Notes: generated by a model from the sequence alone, not told the origin. A DNA stretch of 58,761 nt from Nitrospira sp. (GCA_019456345.1 VRUB01000002.1:1-58761); one strand, 5' to 3'. Counted from the first letter of the stretch, positions 1 to 10,143 are shown. Program-made: numbers and translations.

Positions 1-158
1 GTTGTCGCCTCGATCTCCCACCACGCTCTTGAGCCCCCCGGGTAAGCATCGAAGCCCCATCAAGTGCGCTGAGCGACGGTTTTGCCCGCGCTTATTCGTG
101 ATTGTGCCCTTAGCTATCGGTATCCACACGGCTCGACGGGTTGGTGCAGCCATTATTC

Positions 159-337
159 TAGCAGAATGCTGAATGAGTCCTTCTATGGCCCTTTTGACTC
201 GCCATATTCCTGTGGCTCGCGCCGGCGGCGTCGCTTTGCGGTCCCATTGCGCTCCTGGCGCAATAGGTTAGCTCGCGAAGCAAAAAGCGCGGTTTTGCTT
301 TCCTTCATTCTTCAAACACTCGAGTGTTTGAAGAATG
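159..337 (-). repeat. Family-2 multi-hairpin intergenic repeat, copy 1 (reverse orientation, partly degenerate and interrupted)
   Basis: The reverse complement of 268-337 aligns base-for-base with most of 39160-39230 and 44670-44746 (hairpin 1, GCAAAA.CCGCG.TTTTTGC hairpin, GCGAGCT). 159-198 matches the CTTTTTCAGCATCCTG end of the other copies. 306-337 is a perfect 32-bp palindrome, CATTCTTCAAACAC-TCGA-GTGTTTGAAGAATG. Confidence 0.6.
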
Positions 338-937
338 TGCAGTGCATGCTCTGCCCAAAACCCATAGTCTGGATGGTTTTCACGCGTATCGAATCTGCGC
401 GGACCCTTATCCAGCGAGCCGATATAATATATTCGCGTTCCCGCTGGTAATGTCTAAAATTACAGTAAGGGACCGTGCACGTTATCGCCACATGTCACGA
501 GCCGTTACTGAGGGAAGTTAATTGCGCAAGGGTGGTCTTGGTCAGTGTAAGCAAGACGTTACGCGCGGTGTCTTGTGAATCGAGTGGACGTATGTGATGC
601 GAGCACTACGCGACTCAATTAGGAATACATACTATTTCTTTCGGGGTATGCATCTTTGTAAAGCGCAGATGTTTGAGTATTGCAACCGCATCGAGTATAG
701 AATTGCACATCCAGTGAATGCAACGAGATCCTTGATGACTGCGAGCAGCGCTGTTTTCGGGCAGCGCCCGAGTTCGAGGGAGGCGGCGAGTCTGGCCGCG
801 GCCGCCCGCAGGCAGCCCGCAAACCCGCCAAAGGCGGCAGTCACCGCACCCCCGGGGGGTGTAGGGGGATGCGTGGATTCCCCAAATTAGTGGGCACGTG
901 CAGTGATTTACGCACTGGGATCCCACACGAATTCCAG

Positions 938-953
938 TGGCACAATATATGCA
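938..953 (+). promoter_or_regulatory. Putative sigma-54 (RpoN) promoter of prkA operon
   Basis: TGGCACaatatATGCA. GG (939-940) and GC (951-952) are 12 nt apart, as in the TGGCAC-N5-TTGCW consensus. Only one mismatch in the -12 element. About 100 nt upstream of the prkA ATG at 1052. Confidence 0.6.
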
Positions 954-1051
954 GCGAGGAACTAGTAGATGTTGAAGTCTTCCAACTTTAAGGAAGGTTT
1001 GTCAAAAGGTTAGGACCTCAGGTCAGCAATCAGCATGCGGGGGTAGCGGCT

Positions 1052-2983
1052 ATGGCAGAGGAAAAACGCACATTCGCTGAACTTATTGAGAAAGACCGCG
1101 CTCAGCACGAAAGTAACGAGTGGCGCGGTACCTTTCTCGATTATCTGGAAAAGGTCAAGGCAGACGCGTCGGTCGCCAAGCTTGCACACACGCGTCTCTA
1201 CGAAGTCGTCATGAAGGACGGTGTCACCGATGTCGGCGAGTTTGGTGAACCCAAGCTCACCCGTCTTTTCAGTGATGAACCGGTAAAGATTTACAACTTT
1301 TTCAAGGACGAGTTCTTTGGTATCGAGCACGCGATCGCGCAGATTGCGCGTTACCTGCACTCGGCGGCGTTACATGGGGAAGAAAGCCGTCAGGTACTGT
1401 ACCTGATGGGGCCGGTTGGCGCGGGCAAGAGCTCGATTATGGACAAGCTCCAGCGCGGGCTTGAGCGCAGCGAGCCGGTGTATGCCATCGAAGGTTGCCC
1501 GATGGCGGAGGAGCCGTTGCATCTGATTCCTCATCATTTGCGCAAGGAATTCGAAAAGATGCTAGACGTACATATCGAGGGTGAGCTGTGCCCGGTATGC
1601 CGGTACCGTTTGAAAGAATCGCACAAGGGACGCTACGAGGATGTCCCGGTAGCCAAGGTCGCATTTTCGCGACATGAGCGTCGCGGCATTGGTGTTGTGC
1701 CTCCAGTAGATCCGAACAATCAGGATACTTCCGTGCTAATCGGCTCGGAGGATATCTCCAAGTTAGACACTTACTCGGAAGGCGACCCGCGCGTGCTCGA
1801 CCTGAACGGTGCGTTCAATGTCGGCAATCGCGGAATGGTTGAGTTCATCGAGGTGTTCAAGAACGAGGCGGAGTACCTGCATACCATGATCACGGCAACC
1901 CAGGAAAAATTTATTCCTGCTCCCGGTCGCCATGGTACTGTGTACGTCGACACCGTCATCGTTGCGCACTCGAACGAAGCCGAGTGGAAAAAGTTCAGGG
2001 GCGATCATACGAACGAAGCGATCCTGGACCGAATTGTTGTCGTCAAGGTGCCTTATAACCTGCGTCTGACGGAGGAAGTGAAGATTTACCAGAAGATGCT
2101 GCGGCAGTCTGATTTTCGCGCACACATTGCGCCGCACACTTTAGAGATGGTAAGCATGTTCGCGATCCTCACGCGGCTCGAGCCCACTGCCAAGTGCGAC
2201 CTGATGACCAAGCTGCGCCTCTACGATGGCGAAGAGGTTGTGGAAAAAGGCAAGACCCTCAAGATCAACGTGGCCGAGTTGCGCGAAGAGGCCCGGCGTG
2301 AGGGAATGCTCGGAATCTCCACGCGTTTCATCATGAAAGCGCTGGACAACGCATTGGTGGATAGCCCGGAGGGAATCAATCCCATCAACGTACGCGAGGC
2401 GCTGATTAACATGGTGAAGTCGGCGGATCTGCCTGACGATGCGCGCAAGCAATATCTCGAGTTTCTGCAGGATACGCTGCACAAGGTCTACCTGGAGATC
2501 CTGGAGAAGGAGATCACCAAGGCCTTTGTGTACTCCTTCGAAGAGCAGGCGGACGCCCTGTTCCAGAACTACCTCGATCATGCCGAGGCCTATGTGAACA
2601 AGACCCGCGTCAAGGACCGCAATACCGGCGAAGAGCTACAGCCGGACGAAGGGTTCCTGAAATCAGTGGAGGAGCAGATCGCTATAATTGGATCGGCTGC
2701 GGACGGTTTTCGGCAGGAGGTGATGGCCTACCTGTGGGCGTCATCGCGGCGCGGCAAAAAGGTCAACTACCATTCCTACGAGCCGCTCAAGGAGGCGATC
2801 GAAAAGAAACTCATGAGCTCGGTGCGCGACATGAGCCGTATCATTACGAAGGCCCGTACGAGGGATGAGGAGCAGGGGAAAAAATACGATGACCTCATCG
2901 CGGTCCTCATTGAAAGAGGCTACAATGAGCACTCGGCCGATATGATTTTGAAGTACGCGGCCAATAACCTGTGGAAAGATTAG
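1052..2983 (+). CDS. prkA: PrkA/YeaG family AAA+ serine protein kinase
   Basis: 643-aa ORF with Walker A LMGPVGAGKSS. Length and conserved blocks are typical of PrkA/YeaG. Followed by yeaH- and spoVR-family genes, as in the conserved trio. Confidence 0.95.
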   Translation: MAEEKRTFAELIEKDRAQHESNEWRGTFLDYLEKVKADASVAKLAHTRLYEVVMKDGVTDVGEFGEPKLTRLFSDEPVKIYNFFKDEFFGIEHAIAQIARYLHSAALHGEESRQVLYLMGPVGAGKSSIMDKLQRGLERSEPVYAIEGCPMAEEPLHLIPHHLRKEFEKMLDVHIEGELCPVCRYRLKESHKGRYEDVPVAKVAFSRHERRGIGVVPPVDPNNQDTSVLIGSEDISKLDTYSEGDPRVLDLNGAFNVGNRGMVEFIEVFKNEAEYLHTMITATQEKFIPAPGRHGTVYVDTVIVAHSNEAEWKKFRGDHTNEAILDRIVVVKVPYNLRLTEEVKIYQKMLRQSDFRAHIAPHTLEMVSMFAILTRLEPTAKCDLMTKLRLYDGEEVVEKGKTLKINVAELREEARREGMLGISTRFIMKALDNALVDSPEGINPINVREALINMVKSADLPDDARKQYLEFLQDTLHKVYLEILEKEITKAFVYSFEEQADALFQNYLDHAEAYVNKTRVKDRNTGEELQPDEGFLKSVEEQIAIIGSAADGFRQEVMAYLWASSRRGKKVNYHSYEPLKEAIEKKLMSSVRDMSRIITKARTRDEEQGKKYDDLIAVLIERGYNEHSADMILKYAANNLWKD

Positions 2984-3104
2984 CGCATTACCGATCGCGG
3001 TGCGGCTGGTGAGGTTCGCCCTTCGCAGGTGGACTTTGTACGGCGTTGGCCGCGATCAGTCTTTGCGCGGCTGTCTGTTGGACCGGTAACATTGACACGC
3101 GGCC

Positions 3105-4277
3105 ATGACCACCGTGTTCCGTCCTTATTCCCATTCCGATGCGCTGCGCTCCGATCGCAGCGCCGGCGATCGTTTGCGCCACCGGCAAAAGGTGCGGCAA
3201 GCGATTCGCGAGAACATCGCCGACATCGTCGCTGAGGAATCCATAATCGGTCAGGGACGAGACAAAATCATCAAGGTTCCGATCCGGGGCGTTAAGGAGT
3301 ACCGTTTCGTCTACGGTGACAACGCGCCAGGTGTTGGCGCCGGCGACGGCAACTCCCAACCAGGTCAGGTTGTTGGCAAGGCCGGTGACAAGGGACGGGG
3401 AGACGGTCGCGGTGGTGACCAGCCTGGTGTGGATTACTACGAGACCGACGTAACGCTGGAGGAGCTGGTGGAAATCATGTTCGAGGATCTCCAGCTGCCT
3501 GACATGGAGCGCAAGAAGTTGCGCGAGGTTCTGGCAGAGCGCACGAGCAAGCGCAAGGGCTACCGGCGGGTCGGCATTCGCGTACACATGAACAAGCGCC
3601 GCACGGCGATTGCACGCGTGCGCCGTAAGGTGGCTAGTGGACGAGTCGCGGCGGTGGAGGCTGTGGAAGAGCGTTTTCCGTTTCACCGCGACGACATCAG
3701 GTACCGGCGACTACGTCACGACATGAAACCGCAGTCCAATGCAGTAGTGCTGTGTATCATGGACACATCGGGCTCAATGGACATAATGAAGAAGTATCTG
3801 GCTCGTAGCTTCTTTTTTCTCCTCTACCAGTTTGTGCGTGCGCGTTATCACAACGTAGAGGTGGTGTTCATCGCCCATCATACGCAGGCCCGCGAGGTGA
3901 GCGAGGAAGAGTTTTTCCACAAGGGGGAGTCCGGCGGCACTTACATCTCTTCCGGCTACATGAAGGCGCTGGAGATCATCCAGGCCCGCTACCATCCAGG
4001 CTTGTGGAACGTGTATGCTTTTCATTGCTCGGACGGCGATAACTTTCCAAACGACAACACCGCCGCCATGAATGCGGCTAAGGAGCTGTGTGAAGTCGCT
4101 AACCTGTTCGGGTACGGCGAGATCAAGCCGTTGAACTCCAGCCATTATGAAGACTCCATGTTACAGCTGTTCAAATCGATCGGTTCGCCGAATTTCCACT
4201 CCATGTTGATCGAGCGTAAAGAGGACATCTGGTCGAGCTTCAAGGTGTTTCTGGAGCGCGAGAAGCCGGTAGAGTAG
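3105..4277 (+). CDS. yeaH: YeaH/YhbH family protein (DUF444, vWA-like)
   Basis: 390 aa. Gly/Asp-rich linker (GVGAGDGNSQPGQ...). MIDAS-like CIMDTSGSM motif. C-terminal block AFHCSDGDN is typical of the family. Directly downstream of prkA. Confidence 0.9.
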   Translation: MTTVFRPYSHSDALRSDRSAGDRLRHRQKVRQAIRENIADIVAEESIIGQGRDKIIKVPIRGVKEYRFVYGDNAPGVGAGDGNSQPGQVVGKAGDKGRGDGRGGDQPGVDYYETDVTLEELVEIMFEDLQLPDMERKKLREVLAERTSKRKGYRRVGIRVHMNKRRTAIARVRRKVASGRVAAVEAVEERFPFHRDDIRYRRLRHDMKPQSNAVVLCIMDTSGSMDIMKKYLARSFFFLLYQFVRARYHNVEVVFIAHHTQAREVSEEEFFHKGESGGTYISSGYMKALEIIQARYHPGLWNVYAFHCSDGDNFPNDNTAAMNAAKELCEVANLFGYGEIKPLNSSHYEDSMLQLFKSIGSPNFHSMLIERKEDIWSSFKVFLEREKPVE

Positions 4278-4318
4278 AGCAACCACGAATACAGTGGCAT
4301 CGAGGTTATACAGGCGCC

Positions 4319-5779
4319 ATGCACAATCCTTGGGGAGTAAAAGATCTAGAATACTGGGACGCAAAGATCCGTGATAAGGTGGACGAGTTCGGTTTGTCGT
4401 ATTTCCCCCAAGAGTTCGAGGTCTGTGATCACGAGCAGATGCTGGGGTACATGGCGTACTCTGGTATGCCTGCCCACTATCCCCATTGGTCTTATGGGAA
4501 AAGCTACGAAAAGCTGAAGACACTTTATGACTACGGCGTCAGCGGGCTGCCGTACGAGATGGTCATTAATGCCGATCCGTCGCTCGCCTATTTGATGCGC
4601 GGTAACTCGCTGTGTTTGCAAATCCTCACGATTGCCCACGTCTACGGCCACAACGATTTTTTTAAGAACAACTTCACTTTTTGCGATACGCGGCCAGAGC
4701 TGACGATCAACAACTTCAAGGTGCGTGCCGACCGCGTACGCTCTTACATAGAAGATCCATCCCTCGGGGTTACGAAGGTCGAGGAGGTGCTGGATGCAGC
4801 GCACGCGCTTTCGATGCAGTGTCGCCGGAATGTTGCCATACGCAAGCTCTCGCGCGAGGAGCAGGAAGAGCGGGCGTTAAGCTCTGCGCAGCCTCCAGCC
4901 GATCCATTTCATCGGATACACAAAGCACCCGAGTACGTCGAGCCTGACCTGACAAAGCTACCGCTTGAACCGGAGGAGGATATCTTATTGTTCGTACGTG
5001 ATCACAATCCGTATCTCGCGGAATGGCAGAAGGATCTGTTAACGATTGCACACGATGAAGCGCAGTACTTTATTCCGCAGATTGAGACTAAAATCATGAA
5101 CGAGGGCTGGGCAAGCTACTGGCACCACCAGATCATGAACAGTCTCGACCTTCCCGAAGATCTCCACATCGAGTTTCTGGTGCACCACAATCAGGTAGTG
5201 CGGCCACATCCGGGCAGCGTGAACCCATATTATCTGGGCTTCAAGCTGTGGCACGACATTCGCCGGCGCTACGATGAACCTACTGCGGAGGAAATCGAAA
5301 AATACGGGGAGCCTGACAGAAGCGGCAATGAAAAGATCTTCGAAATACGGGAGGTAGACCGTGATGTATCTTTTTTGCGCCGGTTTCTCACGGAAGAGCT
5401 CATGCGTGAGATGGACATGTTCCAGCACGAGCGGCGGGGTGACGATGTAGTAATTACCCATGTCTCGGACGAACAGAGCTGGCGGCAGGTGAAAGACACG
5501 TTGCTACGCAACGTGGGAATGGGAGCCGTGCCCGTCATCCGCATTCAGGACGCGGACTATGAGCAAAATCGCGTGCTCTACCTTACCCACGCGCACGATG
5601 GCCGGGATCTGCAACTGGAGTATGCAGAAAAAACGCTGGTGTATCTGTACCAGCTCTGGGGCCGCGAGGTCTTGCTTGAGACCAGTATCCAGGGGACCGG
5701 CTACGTCTTCTCCTACGGCGAAGACGGGTTTAACCAGCGCCGCCTACGCCGCACCAACGAGCCCGCGGCCAGCCACTAA
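4319..5779 (+). CDS. spoVR: SpoVR/YcgB family protein
   Basis: 486 aa. Family-typical blocks HWSYGKSYE, AHVYGHNDFFKNN and MNEGWASYWHH. 41 nt after the yeaH stop. Confidence 0.92.
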   Translation: MHNPWGVKDLEYWDAKIRDKVDEFGLSYFPQEFEVCDHEQMLGYMAYSGMPAHYPHWSYGKSYEKLKTLYDYGVSGLPYEMVINADPSLAYLMRGNSLCLQILTIAHVYGHNDFFKNNFTFCDTRPELTINNFKVRADRVRSYIEDPSLGVTKVEEVLDAAHALSMQCRRNVAIRKLSREEQEERALSSAQPPADPFHRIHKAPEYVEPDLTKLPLEPEEDILLFVRDHNPYLAEWQKDLLTIAHDEAQYFIPQIETKIMNEGWASYWHHQIMNSLDLPEDLHIEFLVHHNQVVRPHPGSVNPYYLGFKLWHDIRRRYDEPTAEEIEKYGEPDRSGNEKIFEIREVDRDVSFLRRFLTEELMREMDMFQHERRGDDVVITHVSDEQSWRQVKDTLLRNVGMGAVPVIRIQDADYEQNRVLYLTHAHDGRDLQLEYAEKTLVYLYQLWGREVLLETSIQGTGYVFSYGEDGFNQRRLRRTNEPAASH

Positions 5780-6026
5780 CTCCCCGTTATCAGGCACGCC
5801 GCACCCGCGCGTGGACCGGCCGGGCGCCTGGCGGCCCCCTGCGTGCGTTGACGCTGCGCTGAGCCGGGCCTTTTTACTGCCCGTGGCCGGTAGCAGCGTC
5901 CGGCACGGTTATGCCGCGGCGCGGTTTGACTCTTGGATCGGACCCTGAGTGCGGAATCCAGCTTGCGTCTTTCGGCGCGATTCCTAATACTTTGAGGTTC
6001 CACACTAGGATGGCAGGAGTTTGCAG

Positions 6027-8072
6027 ATGCCCCATTATAAGACCGAAGATATCCGCAATATTGCCATGGTCGGGCACGCGTTGGCGGGCAAGACCACGCT
6101 CACCGAAGCGCTGCTGTACAAGGCCGGCGCGATCAACACCCCCGGCGATGTGGAGAAAGGCACAACGGTTACCGATTTTGAGCCGGAGGAAAAGGAATAT
6201 CAACATTCTCTCAGCGCGGCCATTGCCAGTCTCGATCATGACGGCACGCACATCAATCTCATCGACACGCCGGGTTATCCCGACTTCATGTGCCAGGCGC
6301 TCACCTCGTTGCCTGCGGTCGAGACGGCTGCCCTGGTCATCAATGCCCAGGCCGGGATCGAGATGGTCACGCAGCGATTGATGGAGCGGGCCGCGGAGCG
6401 GCGCCTGTGTCGCATGATCATTGTCAACAAGATCGACGCGCATGACACCGATCTTCCTGCATTACTGGCAGCGATCCAGGAATCGTTTGGAAAAGAGTGC
6501 TTGCCCATCAACCTGCCGAGTGATGGCGGCAAGGCAGTCGTAGATTGTTTTTTCAATCCAAGCGGCAGCGCCGATTTCTCCTCCGTAGAGGAGGCCCATA
6601 CGCGGATCATCGACCAGGTTGTGGAGGTCGACGAGGATCTGATGACGGTCTATCTGGACCAAGGCGAGGTTAGCCCGCAGCAACTGCACGATCCATTCGA
6701 AAAAGCGCTGCGCGAAAGCCACTTGATTCCGGTTTGTTTCGTCTCGGCCCGTTCCGGCGCAGGCATCGGCGAGCTGCTGGATGTGTTTTCCAAGCTGATG
6801 CCCAATCCCAAAGAGGGCAACCCGCCGGTTTTCATCAAGGGCGAAGGTGCGGACGCCCAGCCGGTCTCCTCGGAATCAGATCCGGCAAAGCATGTTTTGG
6901 CCCACGTATTCAAGGTCTCGGTCGATCCGTTCGTCGGAAAGCTGAGTGTTTTTCGCATCCACCAGGGCACGGTGACCAAGGATACGCAGCTCTATATTGA
7001 CGATGCCCGCAAGCCATTCAAGGTCGGGCACTTGCTCAAGCTTCAGGGGAAAGAGCACAAGGAGGTGGACGCCGGGATCCCCGGAGACATCTGCGCGGTG
7101 GCCAAGGTAGAGGACATACGGTTCGACGCGGTGCTGCACGCCTCGCACGATGAGGATCACTACCATTTGCGGCCTATGGAGCTGCCCAAGCCCATGGTGG
7201 GCCTTGCAATCGAGCCCACTAAGCGCGGTGATGAGCAGAAGATCTCCGAGGCGATGCACAAGTTGGCGGCCGAGGATCCGTGCTTCGTTGTTGAGCACAA
7301 TGCGGCTATGAACGAAACGGTGATCCGCGGGCTGGGCGATCTGCATCTGCGAGTGATGCTGGAGAAGATGCAGGATCGCTACAACGTCGAGATCAAAACC
7401 CGCCCGCCCAAGATTCCGTATCGTGAAACCATCAGGACGAGCGCCGAGGGCCATCATCGGCACAAGAAGCAGACCGGTGGCGCCGGTCAGTTCGGAGAAG
7501 TATTTCTGCGCGTCGAGCCTTTACCCAGGGGCGGCGGCTTTGAGTTTGTCAATAAGCTTGTCGGCGGCGTCATTCCGAACCAGTTCATTCCGGCAGTTGA
7601 GAAGGGGGTACGTCAGGTCGTCGAGTCGGGCGCGATCACCGGCTACCCAATGCAGGACATGAAGGTCACCGTTTACGACGGTAAGCATCACTCGGTCGAT
7701 TCGAAAGAGGTCGCATTCGTGGCCGCCGGCAAGAAGGCGTTTCTCGACGCGATCCAGAAGGCAAAGCCCATCGCGCTGGAGCCCATCGTCAACATCGACG
7801 TGATAGCCCCTGGCGCCAACATGGGTGATATCACCGGCGACCTTTCAGGCAAAAGAGGCCGGATCAGCGATACTCAGACATTGCCCGGCAGGATGGTCTC
7901 AATCAAAGGCCAGGTTCCATTAAGCGAGCTCAACAACTATCAATCCAAGCTCAAGTCCGTAACCGCGGGCCAGGGATCTTACACCATCGAGTTCAGCCAC
8001 TACGACCCGGTGCCCCCCAACATCCAGCAGCAGCTCAAGGCCGAGTTCAAGCCCGGAAAAGAAGAGGCCTGA
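6027..8072 (+). CDS. Elongation factor G paralogue (EF-G-like translational GTPase), divergent switch regions
   Basis: G1 GHALAGKT, G3 DTPGYPDF, G4 NKID. Colinear with EF-G domains II-V (e.g. HKKQTGGAGQFG). Start moved from TTG 6021 to ATG 6027, 7 nt behind AGGAG. Not in a str-operon context. Confidence 0.9.
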   Translation: MPHYKTEDIRNIAMVGHALAGKTTLTEALLYKAGAINTPGDVEKGTTVTDFEPEEKEYQHSLSAAIASLDHDGTHINLIDTPGYPDFMCQALTSLPAVETAALVINAQAGIEMVTQRLMERAAERRLCRMIIVNKIDAHDTDLPALLAAIQESFGKECLPINLPSDGGKAVVDCFFNPSGSADFSSVEEAHTRIIDQVVEVDEDLMTVYLDQGEVSPQQLHDPFEKALRESHLIPVCFVSARSGAGIGELLDVFSKLMPNPKEGNPPVFIKGEGADAQPVSSESDPAKHVLAHVFKVSVDPFVGKLSVFRIHQGTVTKDTQLYIDDARKPFKVGHLLKLQGKEHKEVDAGIPGDICAVAKVEDIRFDAVLHASHDEDHYHLRPMELPKPMVGLAIEPTKRGDEQKISEAMHKLAAEDPCFVVEHNAAMNETVIRGLGDLHLRVMLEKMQDRYNVEIKTRPPKIPYRETIRTSAEGHHRHKKQTGGAGQFGEVFLRVEPLPRGGGFEFVNKLVGGVIPNQFIPAVEKGVRQVVESGAITGYPMQDMKVTVYDGKHHSVDSKEVAFVAAGKKAFLDAIQKAKPIALEPIVNIDVIAPGANMGDITGDLSGKRGRISDTQTLPGRMVSIKGQVPLSELNNYQSKLKSVTAGQGSYTIEFSHYDPVPPNIQQQLKAEFKPGKEEA

Positions 8073-8265
8073 TAGCGCACCGCGATACGTTCCGCCCGGC
8101 GCGGGCCTGCCCAGGGGCGATAAGCGGCGCCCGGGCGGGTGGTCTGGTGCCGGGTCCAATCGCCGGCCAACCCCCCGGCGGGCGCGGCACGCCGGCTCGA
8201 CAGCCGGTGGCGGTCATCACCTTTGCCTGCTACGCCAGACCCCTTTGACAATTATGGCCTTATCC

Positions 8266-8294
8266 TTGACAGTTAGTGTTTTACTAGCGATTAT
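8266..8294 (+). promoter_or_regulatory. Possible sigma-70 promoter upstream of exeA
   Basis: TTGACA (8266-8271), 17 nt, GATTAT (8289-8294), about 140 nt upstream of the exeA ATG. A second TTGACA lies at 8245-8250. Hexamer match only. Confidence 0.3.
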
Positions 8295-8433
8295 CTTTCT
8301 AAGACAATGTTTTAAGAGATAAATCGCCCCGCTGGAGGGCGATCGACGTCCTCGAGGCGACGTCTGCAAGTAAGGGGATGATGGGCCCATGAACCGATCA
8401 CGACAAGGATTATGTCTTGGCTAGACACGAGCC

Positions 8434-10143
8434 ATGTATAACCGCCATTTCGGCCTTCATGAAAATCCTTTTTCGATAGCACCTGATCCGCGCTATCTCT
8501 ATCTCGGTCGACGCCACCAGGAGGCGTTGGCCCATCTGATCTATGGCGTCACCGAAGGCGGCGGGTTTGTGCAACTCACCGGCGACGTCGGCGTCGGCAA
8601 GACCATGCTGATTCGCGCTCTCCTCGAGCGTCTGCCCGACGACGTGGATGTCGCCCTCGTACTCTACCCGATTCTCTCCGTTCAGGAATTCGTCAGCATT
8701 ATTTGTGATGAGCTGCGCGTCGACTACCCGAAGGACAACCCAAGCCTCAAGGTGCTGATCGATTTGTTGAATGCCTACCTGTTGGAGAATCATGCCATAG
8801 GGCGGCGTACGGTGCTGATTATCGACGAAGCACAGAATCTCAGTCGCGACGTGCTGGAGCAGCTACGCTTGTTAACCAATCTGGAGACTAACAAAGATAA
8901 GCTTTTGCAGATCCTTCTCGTTGGGCAGCCAGAGCTGAGCAACATGCTGGCACAGCGGGATCTGCGCCAGCTCGCCCAGCGCATCACCGCGCGCTACAGC
9001 TTGAAGGCGTTATTTCCGAATGAAACATGCAACTACATCCGGTACCGGTGCCGGATGGGCGGAGCCAAGGTGCCGTTGTTTACGCGCTTGGCCATGAGTC
9101 GGGTGCACCGGCTGTCAGGGGGCATTCCCAGAACCATTAACATTGTCTGCGATCGCTCGCTACTCGGCGCCTACTCGCGCGGCAAGACCTACGTGGGTGC
9201 CGGGGTTGTCCGCCGGGCGGCAGATCAAATTGGGCAACCGATTCCCAAGAGCTTCTGGTTGCGCCCGAGCGTCCTGGCGCTGGTCCCGCTAACGGCGCTG
9301 CTCGCGGTATGGGGCTGGCAGTTCTCGCCGCTGCTGCAGGACGCCTGGTATGACGCCCAGCCTGTCGCGAGCATCCAGCGTGATGACGCGGAACCTGCGC
9401 CGCAGAAAATCCAGCCCACCCCTATCGGCGCCAACATGCAGGCGGCGAACGAGGCCGACAGCAGTGCCGAGACACCAGCGCCGGCGGAGCGAGAACAACG
9501 CCCGACATTGGATGAGGTGCTGGCAAATCCAAACACCGTCACCGATACTGAGGCAGCTTTTGCGGGCTTGTTTGCGCGCTGGGGCCTTGAGTATTCTTCG
9601 GTCGGCGACCAGGCGGGTTGTGTGCGGGCCGCCAAGTCGGGTCTACGATGCATCTTTCGATCCGGCACCTGGAATAACCTGCGCCACCTGAACCGACCGG
9701 CGGTAATCGAGCTGGTTGACGCTGATGGGCAAAAACATCACGTGCTTATTTCCGGTCTGCGCGGCGACAAGGTCTCATCGTACTTTGGCGGCGAGCGCTA
9801 TGACTTCCCGATCAGCGAAATGGATCGCTACTGGTATGGCCAGTACCTATTGCTGTGGAAGCCGCCCATAACAAGCAAGCGCTCGCTTAAACGCGGCATG
9901 CGTGGAAAGTCGGTGTTGTGGTTACGCAATGTTCTGGCGCGCTACAATAGTAGGCCGACGCCATCGATACGAAACAGTCGGTTTGACCGCGCGCTCGAGG
10001 AGCAGGTAAAGGCATTCCAGCGAGACCACCGGCTCGCGCCGGACGGCGTCGTCGGCCGCCTGACCCTGATCCAGCTCAATACCTATGATCCGGATAATGC
10101 GCCTCCGTTGCTGTGGCAGGTGTCGAAGGCGGAGACCGGCTGA
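8434..10143 (+). CDS. exeA: ExeA/GspA-like AAA ATPase with C-terminal peptidoglycan-binding domain
   Basis: N-terminus FGLHENPFSIAPDPRYLY... with Walker A GDVGVGKT is typical of ExeA. A central TM segment is followed by a Pro/Ala-rich linker. C-terminus has a PG-binding-like VKAFQRDHRLAPDGVVGRLTLIQL. Confidence 0.9.
   Translation: MYNRHFGLHENPFSIAPDPRYLYLGRRHQEALAHLIYGVTEGGGFVQLTGDVGVGKTMLIRALLERLPDDVDVALVLYPILSVQEFVSIICDELRVDYPKDNPSLKVLIDLLNAYLLENHAIGRRTVLIIDEAQNLSRDVLEQLRLLTNLETNKDKLLQILLVGQPELSNMLAQRDLRQLAQRITARYSLKALFPNETCNYIRYRCRMGGAKVPLFTRLAMSRVHRLSGGIPRTINIVCDRSLLGAYSRGKTYVGAGVVRRAADQIGQPIPKSFWLRPSVLALVPLTALLAVWGWQFSPLLQDAWYDAQPVASIQRDDAEPAPQKIQPTPIGANMQAANEADSSAETPAPAEREQRPTLDEVLANPNTVTDTEAAFAGLFARWGLEYSSVGDQAGCVRAAKSGLRCIFRSGTWNNLRHLNRPAVIELVDADGQKHHVLISGLRGDKVSSYFGGERYDFPISEMDRYWYGQYLLLWKPPITSKRSLKRGMRGKSVLWLRNVLARYNSRPTPSIRNSRFDRALEEQVKAFQRDHRLAPDGVVGRLTLIQLNTYDPDNAPPLLWQVSKAETG

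Noticed and set aside
82-926. Several 60-120 aa ORFs in the leader upstream of prkA
   Set aside because: They overlap each other on both strands and run through family-2 repeat DNA. They lack SD sequences and any recognisable motifs, so the region was treated as non-coding.
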